Shown piece after piece: positions 1 to 7,982 of a stretch of DNA of 32,000 bases. How positions within the stretch are numbered: position 1 is the stretch's first letter; each line of letters starts with the position of its first letter. Under the pieces are notes generated by a model. That model was not told the DNA's origin. It saw only the letters and a list, made by a program, of their open reading frames with translations, and ran no database searches. The stretch comes from Bacteroidales bacterium (lineage in GTDB: Bacteria > Bacteroidota > Bacteroidia > Flavobacteriales > Flavobacteriaceae). A program made the translations under genes and the position numbers. The stretch is taken from the NCBI GenBank assembly GCA_041694175.1, contig JASMTR010000105.1, forward strand, positions 1-32,000, read 5' to 3'.

Positions 1-3
1 TAG

Positions 4-76
<73 letters not shown>

Positions 77-113
77 ATATATTTTAGTAAATTATTTTTC
101 TAATTGCGGACTG

Positions 114-121
114 CAAATATA
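114..121 (-). promoter_or_regulatory. Bacteroidetes-type -7 box (TATATTTG), candidate promoter of the tRNA
   Basis: The minus strand reads TATATTTG, matching the TAnnTTTG consensus, about 38 nt upstream of the mature tRNA 5' end. Confidence 0.3.
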
Positions 122-159
122 AGAATACTTTTCGTTTTGAACAAAATAATATAAAAGTA

Positions 160-489
160 TTACAAATTAGATTTTAAGGCTTCTAACTCAGACTTGACAT
201 GCTTTAATTTTCTTACCAAGTCATAGTTGTCCAGTGTACTGCCTTTATGCGTTTTTAGGTGTTGCTTTGCACCTTCTAAAGTAAAACCACGTTCTTTTAC
301 CAAATAGTAGATTTGTTCAAAGTTTTTAATATCCCTAGGCGTAAATTTTCTATTGCCTTTAGCGTTTTTTTTAGGTTTAATGATATCAAATTCTTTTTCC
401 CAAAACCGAATTAACGATGTGTTAACTTCAAAAGCTTTAGCAACTTCGCCTATATTGTAGTACAGTTTTTCTGGTAGGTCAACTTTCAT
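160..489 (-). CDS. MerR-family transcriptional regulator (109 aa)
   Basis: The N-terminal helix-turn-helix YNIGEVAKAFEVNTSLIRFWEKEF is typical of MerR. ATG start; 4 nt downstream of the M23 peptidase gene, so probably in the same operon. Confidence 0.85.
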   Translation of the reverse strand: MKVDLPEKLYYNIGEVAKAFEVNTSLIRFWEKEFDIIKPKKNAKGNRKFTPRDIKNFEQIYYLVKERGFTLEGAKQHLKTHKGSTLDNYDLVRKLKHVKSELEALKSNL

Positions 490-493
490 ATAA

Positions 494-1471
494 TTAGTCC
501 AAAGATTGATTTTCTAAAGCAGAGTTGTTCATCATAGCCTCATAATCTTCCGCAGATAAATCATTGTAATAAAAATATACGGGATTAACGTGAGCGCCAT
601 TTTTCAATACCTCATAATGTAAATGTGGTGCAGTAGATGAGCCAGTATCGCCTACATAACCTATAATTTCTCCACGCTTCACGTTTTGCCCTCTAAACAC
701 AGAAATTTCACTCATATGCGCATAAAGGGTTTCATAATTAAAGCCGTGATCTAATACAACATGATAGCCATAACCTCTTCTGGACTTTTTAACCTTTTTA
801 ACTCTTGCATTACCAGTTGCAAATATTGGTGTTCCCTCAGGAGCGGAAAAGTCCATTCCTGTATGCATTTTTCTGATTTTATAAATGGGATGCATTCTCA
901 TACCATAACCAGATGCCGTTCTCTTTAAATCATCATTTTGAACGGGTTGTATAGCTGGAATAGAGGCTAATAATTCTTCTTTATTTAGTGCGTATTCAAC
1001 TATTTCATCTAAAGATTTTGATTGAACCACAACGCGTTTTTTGAGTTGGTCGAGTCGTTTTTTGGTTTTAATGATAATTTCAGAATTATTATAACCTTCA
1101 AGATCTTTATATCTATTCACCCCACCAAATCCAGACTTGCGTTGCTCTTCAGAAATGGGGTCAGCTTCAAAGTAAACTCTATATATTTTATTATCTCGTT
1201 CCTCTAATTCTTTCACGACACTAGTAATATCCTCCATTTGCCGATTCATCATTTCATATTGAAATGTCATTTGATCAAGCTCTCGTTTATATGCTTTTTC
1301 TTTAGGCGTCTCAATTCCAGGGATGTTGAGATAAACTATTAAAAGCAGTATACTTGCCACCAAAGTCCCTAAAACAAACAAAAGCGTTAGTCCAAAGGTT
1401 TTACCTTTTTTTCGCTCTATCTTTCTGTAGGAGAGTGTTTCGGTATCGTAATAATATTTTACCTTCCGCAT
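494..1471 (-). CDS. M23 family metallopeptidase (LytM-like) with N-terminal membrane anchor
   Basis: N-terminal TM segment, a coiled-coil region, and a C-terminal M23 signature (HTGMDF ... GDTGSSTAPHLHYEV). Confidence 0.9.
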   Translation of the reverse strand: MRKVKYYYDTETLSYRKIERKKGKTFGLTLLFVLGTLVASILLLIVYLNIPGIETPKEKAYKRELDQMTFQYEMMNRQMEDITSVVKELEERDNKIYRVYFEADPISEEQRKSGFGGVNRYKDLEGYNNSEIIIKTKKRLDQLKKRVVVQSKSLDEIVEYALNKEELLASIPAIQPVQNDDLKRTASGYGMRMHPIYKIRKMHTGMDFSAPEGTPIFATGNARVKKVKKSRRGYGYHVVLDHGFNYETLYAHMSEISVFRGQNVKRGEIIGYVGDTGSSTAPHLHYEVLKNGAHVNPVYFYYNDLSAEDYEAMMNNSALENQSLD

Positions 1472-1485
1472 TCTTAAATTTATAT

Positions 1486-1493
1486 TACTTTTG
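1486..1493 (+). promoter_or_regulatory. -7 box TACTTTTG, candidate alaS promoter
   Basis: Matches TAnnTTTG, about 70 nt upstream of the alaS ATG. Confidence 0.3.
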
Positions 1494-1514
1494 CGTTATC
1501 GCTTATTAGCATTG

Positions 1515-1522
1515 CAAATATA
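1515..1522 (-). promoter_or_regulatory. -7 box TATATTTG, candidate promoter of the M23 peptidase/MerR operon
   Basis: The minus strand reads TATATTTG, 44 nt upstream of the M23 start codon. It faces the alaS box, so the two divergent promoters overlap. Confidence 0.3.
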
Positions 1523-1561
1523 ATAAAATTCAATACTTATTCAGGTTAAGCCATTTTGCCT

Positions 1562-4189
1562 ATGAATTCTAAAGAAATCAAAGCCAATTTTTTCAATTTT
1601 TTTAAACATAAAAATCACAATTTTGTGGCTTCTGCTCCAATTGTGCTTAAAGACGACCCTACCTTAATGTTTACCAATGCCGGAATGAATCAGTTCAAAT
1701 CTTTGTTTTTAGGAACTGAAAAAGTGGAGCACTCCAGAGTTTATAATACTCAAAAATGCCTTAGAGTTTCTGGCAAACACAACGACCTTGAAGAAGTCGG
1801 AAAAGACCACTATCATCACACTATGTTTGAGATGATGGGCAATTGGAGTTTCGGTGATCCTGACCGTCCGGCAGGCGGGTACTTTAAAAAAGAAGCCATC
1901 GAATGGGCTTGGGAGCTTTTAACCGAAGTTTATAAAATCAATCCTGACAATTTATACGTTACTGTTTTTGAAGGATATCAAGAAGAGGGTTTAGACAAAG
2001 ATAAAGAAGCTTTTGAAATATGGAAAACCATTGTTAGTGACAATAAAATTGTTCTGGGTAATAAAAAAGACAACTTCTGGGAAATGGGCGAGCAAGGCCC
2101 GTGTGGTCCATCGTCTGAAATTCATGTCGATCTGAGGTCAAAGGCTGACAAAAAAGCGGTTCCTGCTAAAAGTTTAGTCAATAAAGACCATCCTGAAGTC
2201 ATTGAGATTTGGAATCTTGTCTTTATCCAGTTTAATAGAAAAGCCAATGGTTCCTTAGAAAATCTACCTCAAAAACACGTCGATACGGGTATGGGGTTTG
2301 AACGTTTATGTCGTGTACTTCAAAATAAAACATCTAATTATGACACCGATATTTTTCAGCCTATTATTAAAACTATAGAAAAAATATCTGGGCATACTTA
2401 CGGAAAAAATGAAGAGATAGACATTGCCATCAGAGTGATTGCAGACCATATTCGTGCCGTGACATTTTGTATAGCGGACGGACAGTTGCCATCAAGTAAC
2501 GGCGCTGGTTATGTGGTTAGGCGTATTCTTAGAAGAGCTGTGCGTTATGCTTATACTTTTTTAAACATAAATAAACCGTTTATGTTTGAATTGGTTGAAG
2601 TTTTAAACCAACAACTCGGAGAAGATTATCCAGAATTATCTAAGCAAAAAAAACTTTGTCAACGGGTCATAAAAGAAGAAGAGCAAAGCTTTCTCAAAAC
2701 TTTATCTCAAGGTTTAAAACGCCTTGAAGATATCATCAAGGAAAGCTCGACTAAAACCATTTCAGGACAAAAAGCCTTTGAACTCTTTGACACTTATGGC
2801 TTTCCTATCGATTTAACAGCTTTAATTTTAAATGAAAACGGTTTTGACTATGATAAAAACGAATTCAAATCGGCTTTAGAACAACAGAAAAAACGCTCTC
2901 AATCGGCTTCTGAAAGTCAAACAGATGATTGGACGGTTGTTGAAAATAATGAGGCTAATGAATTTGTAGGTTACGATAACTTAAAAACGACCTCAAAAAT
3001 TATAAAATACCGCAGTTTTAAAACCAAAAAAGAAGGTCAACGCTATCAAATTGTGTTAGACCAAACCCCTTTTTATCCAGAAGGTGGCGGACAAGTTGGA
3101 GACCGTGGACAATTTATTTTTGACAATGAAAATATCGACGTTTTAGATACCAAAAAAGAACACGGCGATATCATACATATTACAAAAAAATTACCCTCAA
3201 ATTTAAAACAGAGTTTTAGTGCTAAAGTCAATGCTCAAAAACGCTTCCTTTCAGCTTGTAACCATTCTGCAACGCATTTGTTACATCACGCTTTAAGAGA
3301 AGTTTTAGGTCATCACGTTGAGCAAAAAGGTTCATTAGTCAATGATAAATACTTACGTTTTGATTTTTCTCATTTCGAAAAACTGAGCCCTGATGAGCTT
3401 TCTTCAATTGAACAAAAAGTCAACACTCAGATTTCAGAACATATCGCTTTAGAAGAAAATCGCAATGCTGATTTTGAAGAAGCTAAAGCCCAAGGTGCAA
3501 TGGCTTTGTTTGGCGAAAAATACGGCGACAAAGTGCGCAGCATCAAATTTGGTAATTCTATAGAACTCTGTGGTGGCACACACGTTAAAAACACGGCTGA
3601 AATTTGGTATTTCAAAATCACGAGTCAATCTTCTGTGGCTTCTGGTGTAAGACGGGTTGAGGCCATTACTAACAAAGCGGCCAAACAGTATTTAGAAGAA
3701 AAAGATGCTGAAATTCAAGAAATATTAAACTTATTGGGGTCAAATCAACAACCCGTTCAGCAAGTTGAAAAATTAATTCAAGACATAGAGAGTCTTAAAA
3801 ACGAAAATCAAACATTACTTCAAGACAAGGCCAAAACCATAAAATCTGAATTAAAAAGTTCTGCTGAAACGATTAATGATGTTAATTTCATCGCCAAACA
3901 AATTGATTTAGATGCCAAGGCTATAAGAGATGTTGCCTTTCAACTCGCTGGAGAAATGGATAATTTGTTTTTAGTTTTAGGCTCTAATCAAAATGGAAAA
4001 GCCATTTTAAGTTGTTATATTTCAAAAAATTTAGTTGAGCAAAACGATTACAACGCTGGAAAAATCATTAGAGAACTCGGTAAACACATTCAAGGCGGCG
4101 GCGGCGGTCAAGCCTTTTTTGCAACTGCTGGTGGTAAAAACCCCGACGGCATACCTAAAGCTTTACAAGAAGTTAAATCTTATCTATAA
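1562..4189 (+). CDS. alaS: alanine--tRNA ligase (carries a 7-aa in-frame insertion, see findings)
   Basis: Full-length AlaRS homology: HHTMFEMMGNWSFGD..YFK, editing-domain HSATHLLH and CGGTH, and C-terminal GGGGGQ. The ORF opens at TTG 1556, but ATG 1562 (MNSKEIK) is the more likely start. Confidence 0.97.
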   Translation: MNSKEIKANFFNFFKHKNHNFVASAPIVLKDDPTLMFTNAGMNQFKSLFLGTEKVEHSRVYNTQKCLRVSGKHNDLEEVGKDHYHHTMFEMMGNWSFGDPDRPAGGYFKKEAIEWAWELLTEVYKINPDNLYVTVFEGYQEEGLDKDKEAFEIWKTIVSDNKIVLGNKKDNFWEMGEQGPCGPSSEIHVDLRSKADKKAVPAKSLVNKDHPEVIEIWNLVFIQFNRKANGSLENLPQKHVDTGMGFERLCRVLQNKTSNYDTDIFQPIIKTIEKISGHTYGKNEEIDIAIRVIADHIRAVTFCIADGQLPSSNGAGYVVRRILRRAVRYAYTFLNINKPFMFELVEVLNQQLGEDYPELSKQKKLCQRVIKEEEQSFLKTLSQGLKRLEDIIKESSTKTISGQKAFELFDTYGFPIDLTALILNENGFDYDKNEFKSALEQQKKRSQSASESQTDDWTVVENNEANEFVGYDNLKTTSKIIKYRSFKTKKEGQRYQIVLDQTPFYPEGGGQVGDRGQFIFDNENIDVLDTKKEHGDIIHITKKLPSNLKQSFSAKVNAQKRFLSACNHSATHLLHHALREVLGHHVEQKGSLVNDKYLRFDFSHFEKLSPDELSSIEQKVNTQISEHIALEENRNADFEEAKAQGAMALFGEKYGDKVRSIKFGNSIELCGGTHVKNTAEIWYFKITSQSSVASGVRRVEAITNKAAKQYLEEKDAEIQEILNLLGSNQQPVQQVEKLIQDIESLKNENQTLLQDKAKTIKSELKSSAETINDVNFIAKQIDLDAKAIRDVAFQLAGEMDNLFLVLGSNQNGKAILSCYISKNLVEQNDYNAGKIIRELGKHIQGGGGGQAFFATAGGKNPDGIPKALQEVKSYL
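1859..1879 (+). repeat. 21-nt GC-rich micro-element, copy A (CCTGACCGTCCGGCAGGCGGG), in frame inside alaS
   Basis: 17/21 G+C in AT-rich surroundings. It encodes PDRPAGG between the D and Y of the conserved SFGDYFK motif, and is 18/21 identical to the reverse complement of 5918-5938. Confidence 0.65.
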
Positions 4190-4191
4190 GT

Positions 4192-4698
4192 ATGGGTTTA
4201 AAAATTTTGTTGTTAAGTGACACACATTCCTACATCGATGAACAAATTCTAAAATACGTCAAAGAAGCCGATGAAGTTTGGCATGCTGGCGATATTGGCG
4301 ATCTTAAAGTTACTGATGCCATTGAACAACACACCAAACTCCGAGCCGTTTACGGCAATATAGACAGCCACGAGATTCGATCGTGTTTTCCTTTACATCA
4401 ACAGTTTAAAATTGATAATTTAAAGGTTTGGATCACACATATTGGTGGTTATCCTAAACGCTATAATCCACAAATCAAATCACAATTAGAAGTCAATCCA
4501 CCTGATGTCTTTATTTGCGGACATTCTCATATTCTTAAAGTGATGCAAGACCCCAAACTCAAACTTTTACACTTCAATCCTGGAGCTATAGGTAAACACG
4601 GCTTTCATCAAAAAAGAACAATGTTGCGTTTTCAAATTAATCATTCTAAAATCGAAAATTTAGAAGTGGTTGATTTTGGCAAAAGAGGTGCAATTTAA
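4192..4698 (+). CDS. metallophosphoesterase family protein (YfcE/MJ0936-like phosphodiesterase)
   Basis: Calcineurin-like motifs: LLLSDTH, GD(IGD), GNID, GHSH. Confidence 0.85.
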   Translation: MGLKILLLSDTHSYIDEQILKYVKEADEVWHAGDIGDLKVTDAIEQHTKLRAVYGNIDSHEIRSCFPLHQQFKIDNLKVWITHIGGYPKRYNPQIKSQLEVNPPDVFICGHSHILKVMQDPKLKLLHFNPGAIGKHGFHQKRTMLRFQINHSKIENLEVVDFGKRGAI

Positions 4699-4719
4699 TA
4701 TGAGTTAGATTTAACCTGA

Positions 4720-4752
4720 ATTATTCAATAAGAATTTTTCTCATTGAATAAT
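4720..4752. terminator. perfect 10-bp inverted repeat (ATTATTCAAT / ATTGAATAAT, 13-nt loop) between convergent genes
   Basis: The hairpin is seen directly. There is no clear U-tract on either strand, so a terminator role is tentative. Confidence 0.3.
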
Positions 4753-4818
4753 AACGAATCTCGTTGTATATAGGTAGTATTGAAAATAGGCTTTTAACTG
4801 ATTATTACTACGGCTGAA

Positions 4819-5148
4819 TTAAATTACTTCTTGTATTTCTTTCTTTAGTTTTTTCAAATGACGATTTAAAATAGCCCAAACTATTGAATTATCAATGCTG
4901 TCGTAGGCGTGAATCAATCTGTTTCTGAATCCAATAATTTGTTTAGCATTATCAATTTGCAAATCTGGTTCAACTTTTTGGAGTTGGCTTAAAGCTTCTC
5001 CAATAATCGCTAACTGTCTTTCAACCGCGCTTTGGGTTTTTAAATCATTTTGATAAATATTGAAATCTGTCATATCAACAGTAAATTTTTCTATCAAGTC
5101 GATGGCCATTAAAATATCAGATAGATATTTTCTGCTCTTTTCCGTCAT
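4819..5148 (-). CDS. hepT: HepT-like (DUF86) ribonuclease toxin of a type VII toxin-antitoxin system
   Basis: RX4HXY motif present (RNRLIHAY). About 109 aa, immediately downstream of and overlapping a minimal nucleotidyltransferase gene. Confidence 0.85.
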   Translation of the reverse strand: MTEKSRKYLSDILMAIDLIEKFTVDMTDFNIYQNDLKTQSAVERQLAIIGEALSQLQKVEPDLQIDNAKQIIGFRNRLIHAYDSIDNSIVWAILNRHLKKLKKEIQEVI

Positions 5149-5452
5149 AGATTAAAATTTTTGTAGAATCTATACTTTTTTTTAGAATAGGATTTTTAAT
5201 AGAAGTGTTTGTTAATAAATCTACTTTTCTCTGAAAAAATTGTTCAAATTTATCCCAAACGTTCAATAAGTTTTCTCCTCGTTCAATTGGATCATCGTTG
5301 TCAATTTCAATTAATAAATCTATATCGCTCGAATCCTCATTAAATTTGTCGGTAATAGAAGAGCCAAAAGCATATAAGTTCTTCACATTGTGAGCTTTAC
5401 ATAATGATAGGAAATCCGCCGTTTTATATTTAATAGATTCTCTTAAATTCAT
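5117..5452 (-). CDS. mntA: MntA-like minimal nucleotidyltransferase antitoxin
   Basis: GSx(n)DxD motif (FGSSITDKFNEDSSDIDLL). The ORF extends to 5494, but the start at Met-15 (MNLRES, 5452) gives the usual family size. 32-nt overlap with hepT. Confidence 0.8.
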   Translation of the reverse strand: MNLRESIKYKTADFLSLCKAHNVKNLYAFGSSITDKFNEDSSDIDLLIEIDNDDPIERGENLLNVWDKFEQFFQRKVDLLTNTSIKNPILKKSIDSTKILIYDGKEQKISI

Positions 5453-5652
5453 AATGCTAATATAATGCATTTTTTGGAATCTGGATTTTATCAACTAACT
5501 GTCATCAATGAGGTAATTGTAGTTGTTTGCTTTCTTATAGCAATGCTAAGATTTTGTCAAAGTGGAGAATTAAAGAGGGTGTTTTGTCTAATAAAGTGAC
5601 TTCGATTTAAATATTTTACTTATCTTTAACGTTAGTAACGCAAAACAAGTGT

Positions 5653-5964
5653 ATGATTGTTTCTTTTCGCTCAAAAGAGACTGAACAAATTTGGGATGGA
5701 AATCGAGTAAAGAAAATGCCGATTAATATTCAAAAAAATGGATACCGAAAATTAAGAATGTTGAATAATTCCCAAAACATAGCTGATTTAAGAATACCAC
5801 CATCAAACCGACTTGAAAAATTGAGGGGAAGTTTAAATGAATTTTATAGCATTCGAATTAACAAACAATGGCGAATAATTTTTAAGTGGAATAATGGAAA
5901 TGCGAGCGAAGTGGGAACCCGCCTGCTGGACGGGCAAGTAGTCGATTATCATTCAAAGAAATGA
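5653..5964 (+). CDS. higB: HigB-like (RelE/ParE superfamily) mRNA interferase toxin (carries a 7-aa in-frame insertion)
   Basis: Typical HigB layout (SFRSK.TE..W.G ... IRINKQWRIIFKW.NGNA ... VDYH). ATGA overlap with the downstream HTH antitoxin gene. Confidence 0.85.
   Translation: MIVSFRSKETEQIWDGNRVKKMPINIQKNGYRKLRMLNNSQNIADLRIPPSNRLEKLRGSLNEFYSIRINKQWRIIFKWNNGNASEVGTRLLDGQVVDYHSKK
5918..5938 (-). repeat. 21-nt GC-rich micro-element, copy B (minus strand CTTGCCCGTCCAGCAGGCGGG), in frame inside higB
   Basis: 16/21 G+C; 18/21 identical to copy A in the opposite orientation. Deleting exactly these 21 nt yields ...NASEVGIVDYH. Confidence 0.65.
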
Positions 5965-6269
5965 AAATGGAAAATTTATCAAATGTGCACCCTGGAGAAG
6001 TTTTACTTCACGAATTTCTTGAGCCGCTTGAAATTACAGCTTATCGACTGTCAAAAGATTTAAAAATACCGCAAACTCGGATATCTGAGATTGTAAAAGG
6101 CCGACGTCGAATAACAGCCGATACCGCTTTACGGTTAAGTAAATATTTTGGAAACTCAGCTAAATTTTGGCTTGGACTTCAAGACGATTTTGACATCGAA
6201 GAAGGAAAAGAAAATAAAGGAAACGAGCTGAATAAAATAAAACATTACGCCGATAAAAACCCTGCCTAA
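5961..6269 (+). CDS. higA: HigA-family antitoxin, XRE-type HTH
   Basis: N-terminal HPGEVLLHEFLEPL..T...LSK.L.IP..RISEIV.G.R.ITADTALRLSKYFG.SA.FWL.LQ is the canonical HigA sequence. Confidence 0.9.
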   Translation: MKMENLSNVHPGEVLLHEFLEPLEITAYRLSKDLKIPQTRISEIVKGRRRITADTALRLSKYFGNSAKFWLGLQDDFDIEEGKENKGNELNKIKHYADKNPA

Positions 6270-6349
6270 AACGAAACCACACTTAATACGGGTTTTGAAA
6301 AAAGATAAACCAAGCGTCTTTTTCGTGAGCAATTCATAATATTTATAAA

Positions 6350-7222
6350 ATGAAAAACATTAACATCAACGACTTTAGCATTCAACCAGAAGTTAAGTTG
6401 TCAGAACTTCCAACCAGCTTAGATTTAGAAGCTAAAACTTCAAAAATTGAAAAACAGCTTCGTAAAACACGAAGAAATTTGGGCGAAATGCAAAATAAAC
6501 TTTATGCTCATAGTAAATACAGTGTATTGGTATGTATTCAAGGAATGGATACTTCTGGAAAGGATAGTTTAATTCGTGAAGTTTTTAAAGATTTTAATGT
6601 TAGAGGTGTGAACTGTTACAGTTTTAAAAAACCTACCCTTTTAGAACTTCAGCAAGATTTTTTATGGCGACATTACAAGCGACTTCCAGCGCGTGGTAAA
6701 TATGCAGTTTTTAATCGTTCTCACTACGAAAATGTCTTAATATCAAAAGTCCATCCTAAAATTGTGCTTTATGAAAATTTGCCACACATCAACCAAATTG
6801 AAGATCTCAATGAAGAATTTTGGAACAATAGGTTAAGACAAATCAATCAATTTGAACAAATCATTGCCGAAAACGGCACAATCATTTTCAAGTTTTTCCT
6901 CAACATTTCAAAAGTAGAACAAAAAGAAAGATTACTCAGGCGCCTTAATAAACCTCACAAAAACTGGAAGTTTGCCCCAGAAGATATCGAAGAACGTCAA
7001 CTTTGGGACAACTATACTTCGGCATACGAAAAAGCCATCAACACCACCTCAAAACCACACGCACCCTGGTATAATATTCCTGCAGATGATAAACCTACAG
7101 CAAGATACCTCGTGGCCAAAATTTTAGAAGAACGAATGTCAACATTCACTGATATTCAATATCCAGAATCCAATCTTGAGCAAAACATCAAATTCTACAA
7201 AGACATGCTTAAGAATGAATAA
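6350..7222 (+). CDS. polyphosphate kinase 2 family protein (polyphosphate:nucleotide phosphotransferase)
   Basis: PPK2 Walker A-like GMDTSGKDS, FLWRH, RSHYE, and about 290 aa as a single domain. Confidence 0.88.
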   Translation: MKNININDFSIQPEVKLSELPTSLDLEAKTSKIEKQLRKTRRNLGEMQNKLYAHSKYSVLVCIQGMDTSGKDSLIREVFKDFNVRGVNCYSFKKPTLLELQQDFLWRHYKRLPARGKYAVFNRSHYENVLISKVHPKIVLYENLPHINQIEDLNEEFWNNRLRQINQFEQIIAENGTIIFKFFLNISKVEQKERLLRRLNKPHKNWKFAPEDIEERQLWDNYTSAYEKAINTTSKPHAPWYNIPADDKPTARYLVAKILEERMSTFTDIQYPESNLEQNIKFYKDMLKNE

Positions 7223-7429
7223 GATTTTTAAAATTTGAATTTAATAAAAGTTATATTTTTCACACTTGTAATACACAAATGAATTCTAACACTATTAGTG
7301 TATTAGTGGCAAAATAAAAAGCAGTAAGTAAACGTTCAATCCAGAATAGCCATTTTTATAGTAAAAATCCTACAAAAAACTTAAATCGAAAATCAAAGCC
7401 TATTTAACTTCGCTTTACAAGACTTTACT

Positions 7430-7437
7430 TATCTTTG
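7430..7437 (+). promoter_or_regulatory. -7 box TATCTTTG, candidate hpt-adk promoter
   Basis: Matches TAnnTTTG, 15 nt upstream of the hpt ATG. Confidence 0.35.
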
Positions 7438-7451
7438 TTTTTTGCAGAATT

Positions 7452-7979
7452 ATGACCATTAGAGACTTACAATTTGAGCTTTTTATCACGCAAGACGATA
7501 TTAACAAACGTGTTGAAGCCTTGGCTAAGTCCATACAAAACGACTATAAAGACAAAGCGCCAACATTCTTGATCATATTAAACGGTGCATTTATGTTTGC
7601 TTCAGATTTAATTAAGCACTACCAAGGCGAATGCCGCATTAGTTTTATGCGTTTGGCCTCCTACCGTGGCACACGCTCAACAGGGAATATCAGCACTTAT
7701 CTCGAAGCAGAACAGCTCGAAAATAAAGATATTATCATTGTAGAAGATATTGTCGATACAGGCAACTCAATAGAATACATCATCCAACATCTCAAAACCA
7801 AAAACCCTAAATCTTACCGCATAGCCAGTCTATTTCACAAACCCGATGCCTACAAAAAACCATATCACATCGACTATATCGGTATATCAATTCCCGATAA
7901 ATTTATTGTAGGTTATGGTTTAGATTATAACGGTTTAGGTCGAAATTTACCCGATGTCTATCAACTCAAAACCTCATAA
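7452..7979 (+). CDS. hpt: hypoxanthine phosphoribosyltransferase
   Basis: PRPP-binding motif IIIVEDIVDTGNS and C-terminal FIVGYGLDY..L.RNLP. Confidence 0.95.
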   Translation: MTIRDLQFELFITQDDINKRVEALAKSIQNDYKDKAPTFLIILNGAFMFASDLIKHYQGECRISFMRLASYRGTRSTGNISTYLEAEQLENKDIIIVEDIVDTGNSIEYIIQHLKTKNPKSYRIASLFHKPDAYKKPYHIDYIGISIPDKFIVGYGLDYNGLGRNLPDVYQLKTS

Positions 7980-7982
7980 ATT

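Noticed and set aside
124-161. 9-bp inverted repeat AATACTTTT / AAAAGTATT overlapping the MerR stop codon, considered as a possible terminator.
   Set aside because: The loop is 20 nt, the stem is entirely AT-rich, and there is no clear U-tract. Too weak to call.
1022-1207. 61-aa ORF antisense to the M23 peptidase gene. The same applies to 3427-3621 and 4035-4220 (within or overlapping alaS), 9134-9448 (hydrolase), 11192-11377 (alternative frame of the DUF2752 gene) and 11882-12160 (antisense to pepD).
   Set aside because: All lie entirely inside or overlap well-supported genes, have low-complexity translations and no recognisable motifs. They are typical shadow ORFs.
1556-1561. TTG at 1556 as the alaS start, as given in the ORF track.
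   Set aside because: The ATG two codons downstream (1562, MNSKEIK...) matches the usual AlaRS N-terminus and is a canonical start. Either choice changes only 2 residues.
4094-4108. GGC GGC GGC GGC GGT microsatellite-like run in alaS.
   Set aside because: It encodes the conserved C-terminal GGGGG motif of AlaRS, so it is not an insertion or repeat element.
5615-5627. 13-nt exact repeat TTTACTTATCTTT, also present at 7424-7436.
   Set aside because: Both copies lie just upstream of start codons and overlap TAnnTTT(G/A) -7 boxes. An AT-rich 13-mer match is expected by chance or from shared promoter consensus in a window this size.
7223-7451. The 229-nt PPK2-hpt spacer was examined for an ncRNA or small ORF. 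It contains the TAATACAC/GTGTATTA inverted repeat and a 12-codon ORF, MNSNTISVLVAK.
   Set aside because: The stems are short and AT-rich, the mini-ORF has no supporting signals, and nothing there exceeds chance expectation.
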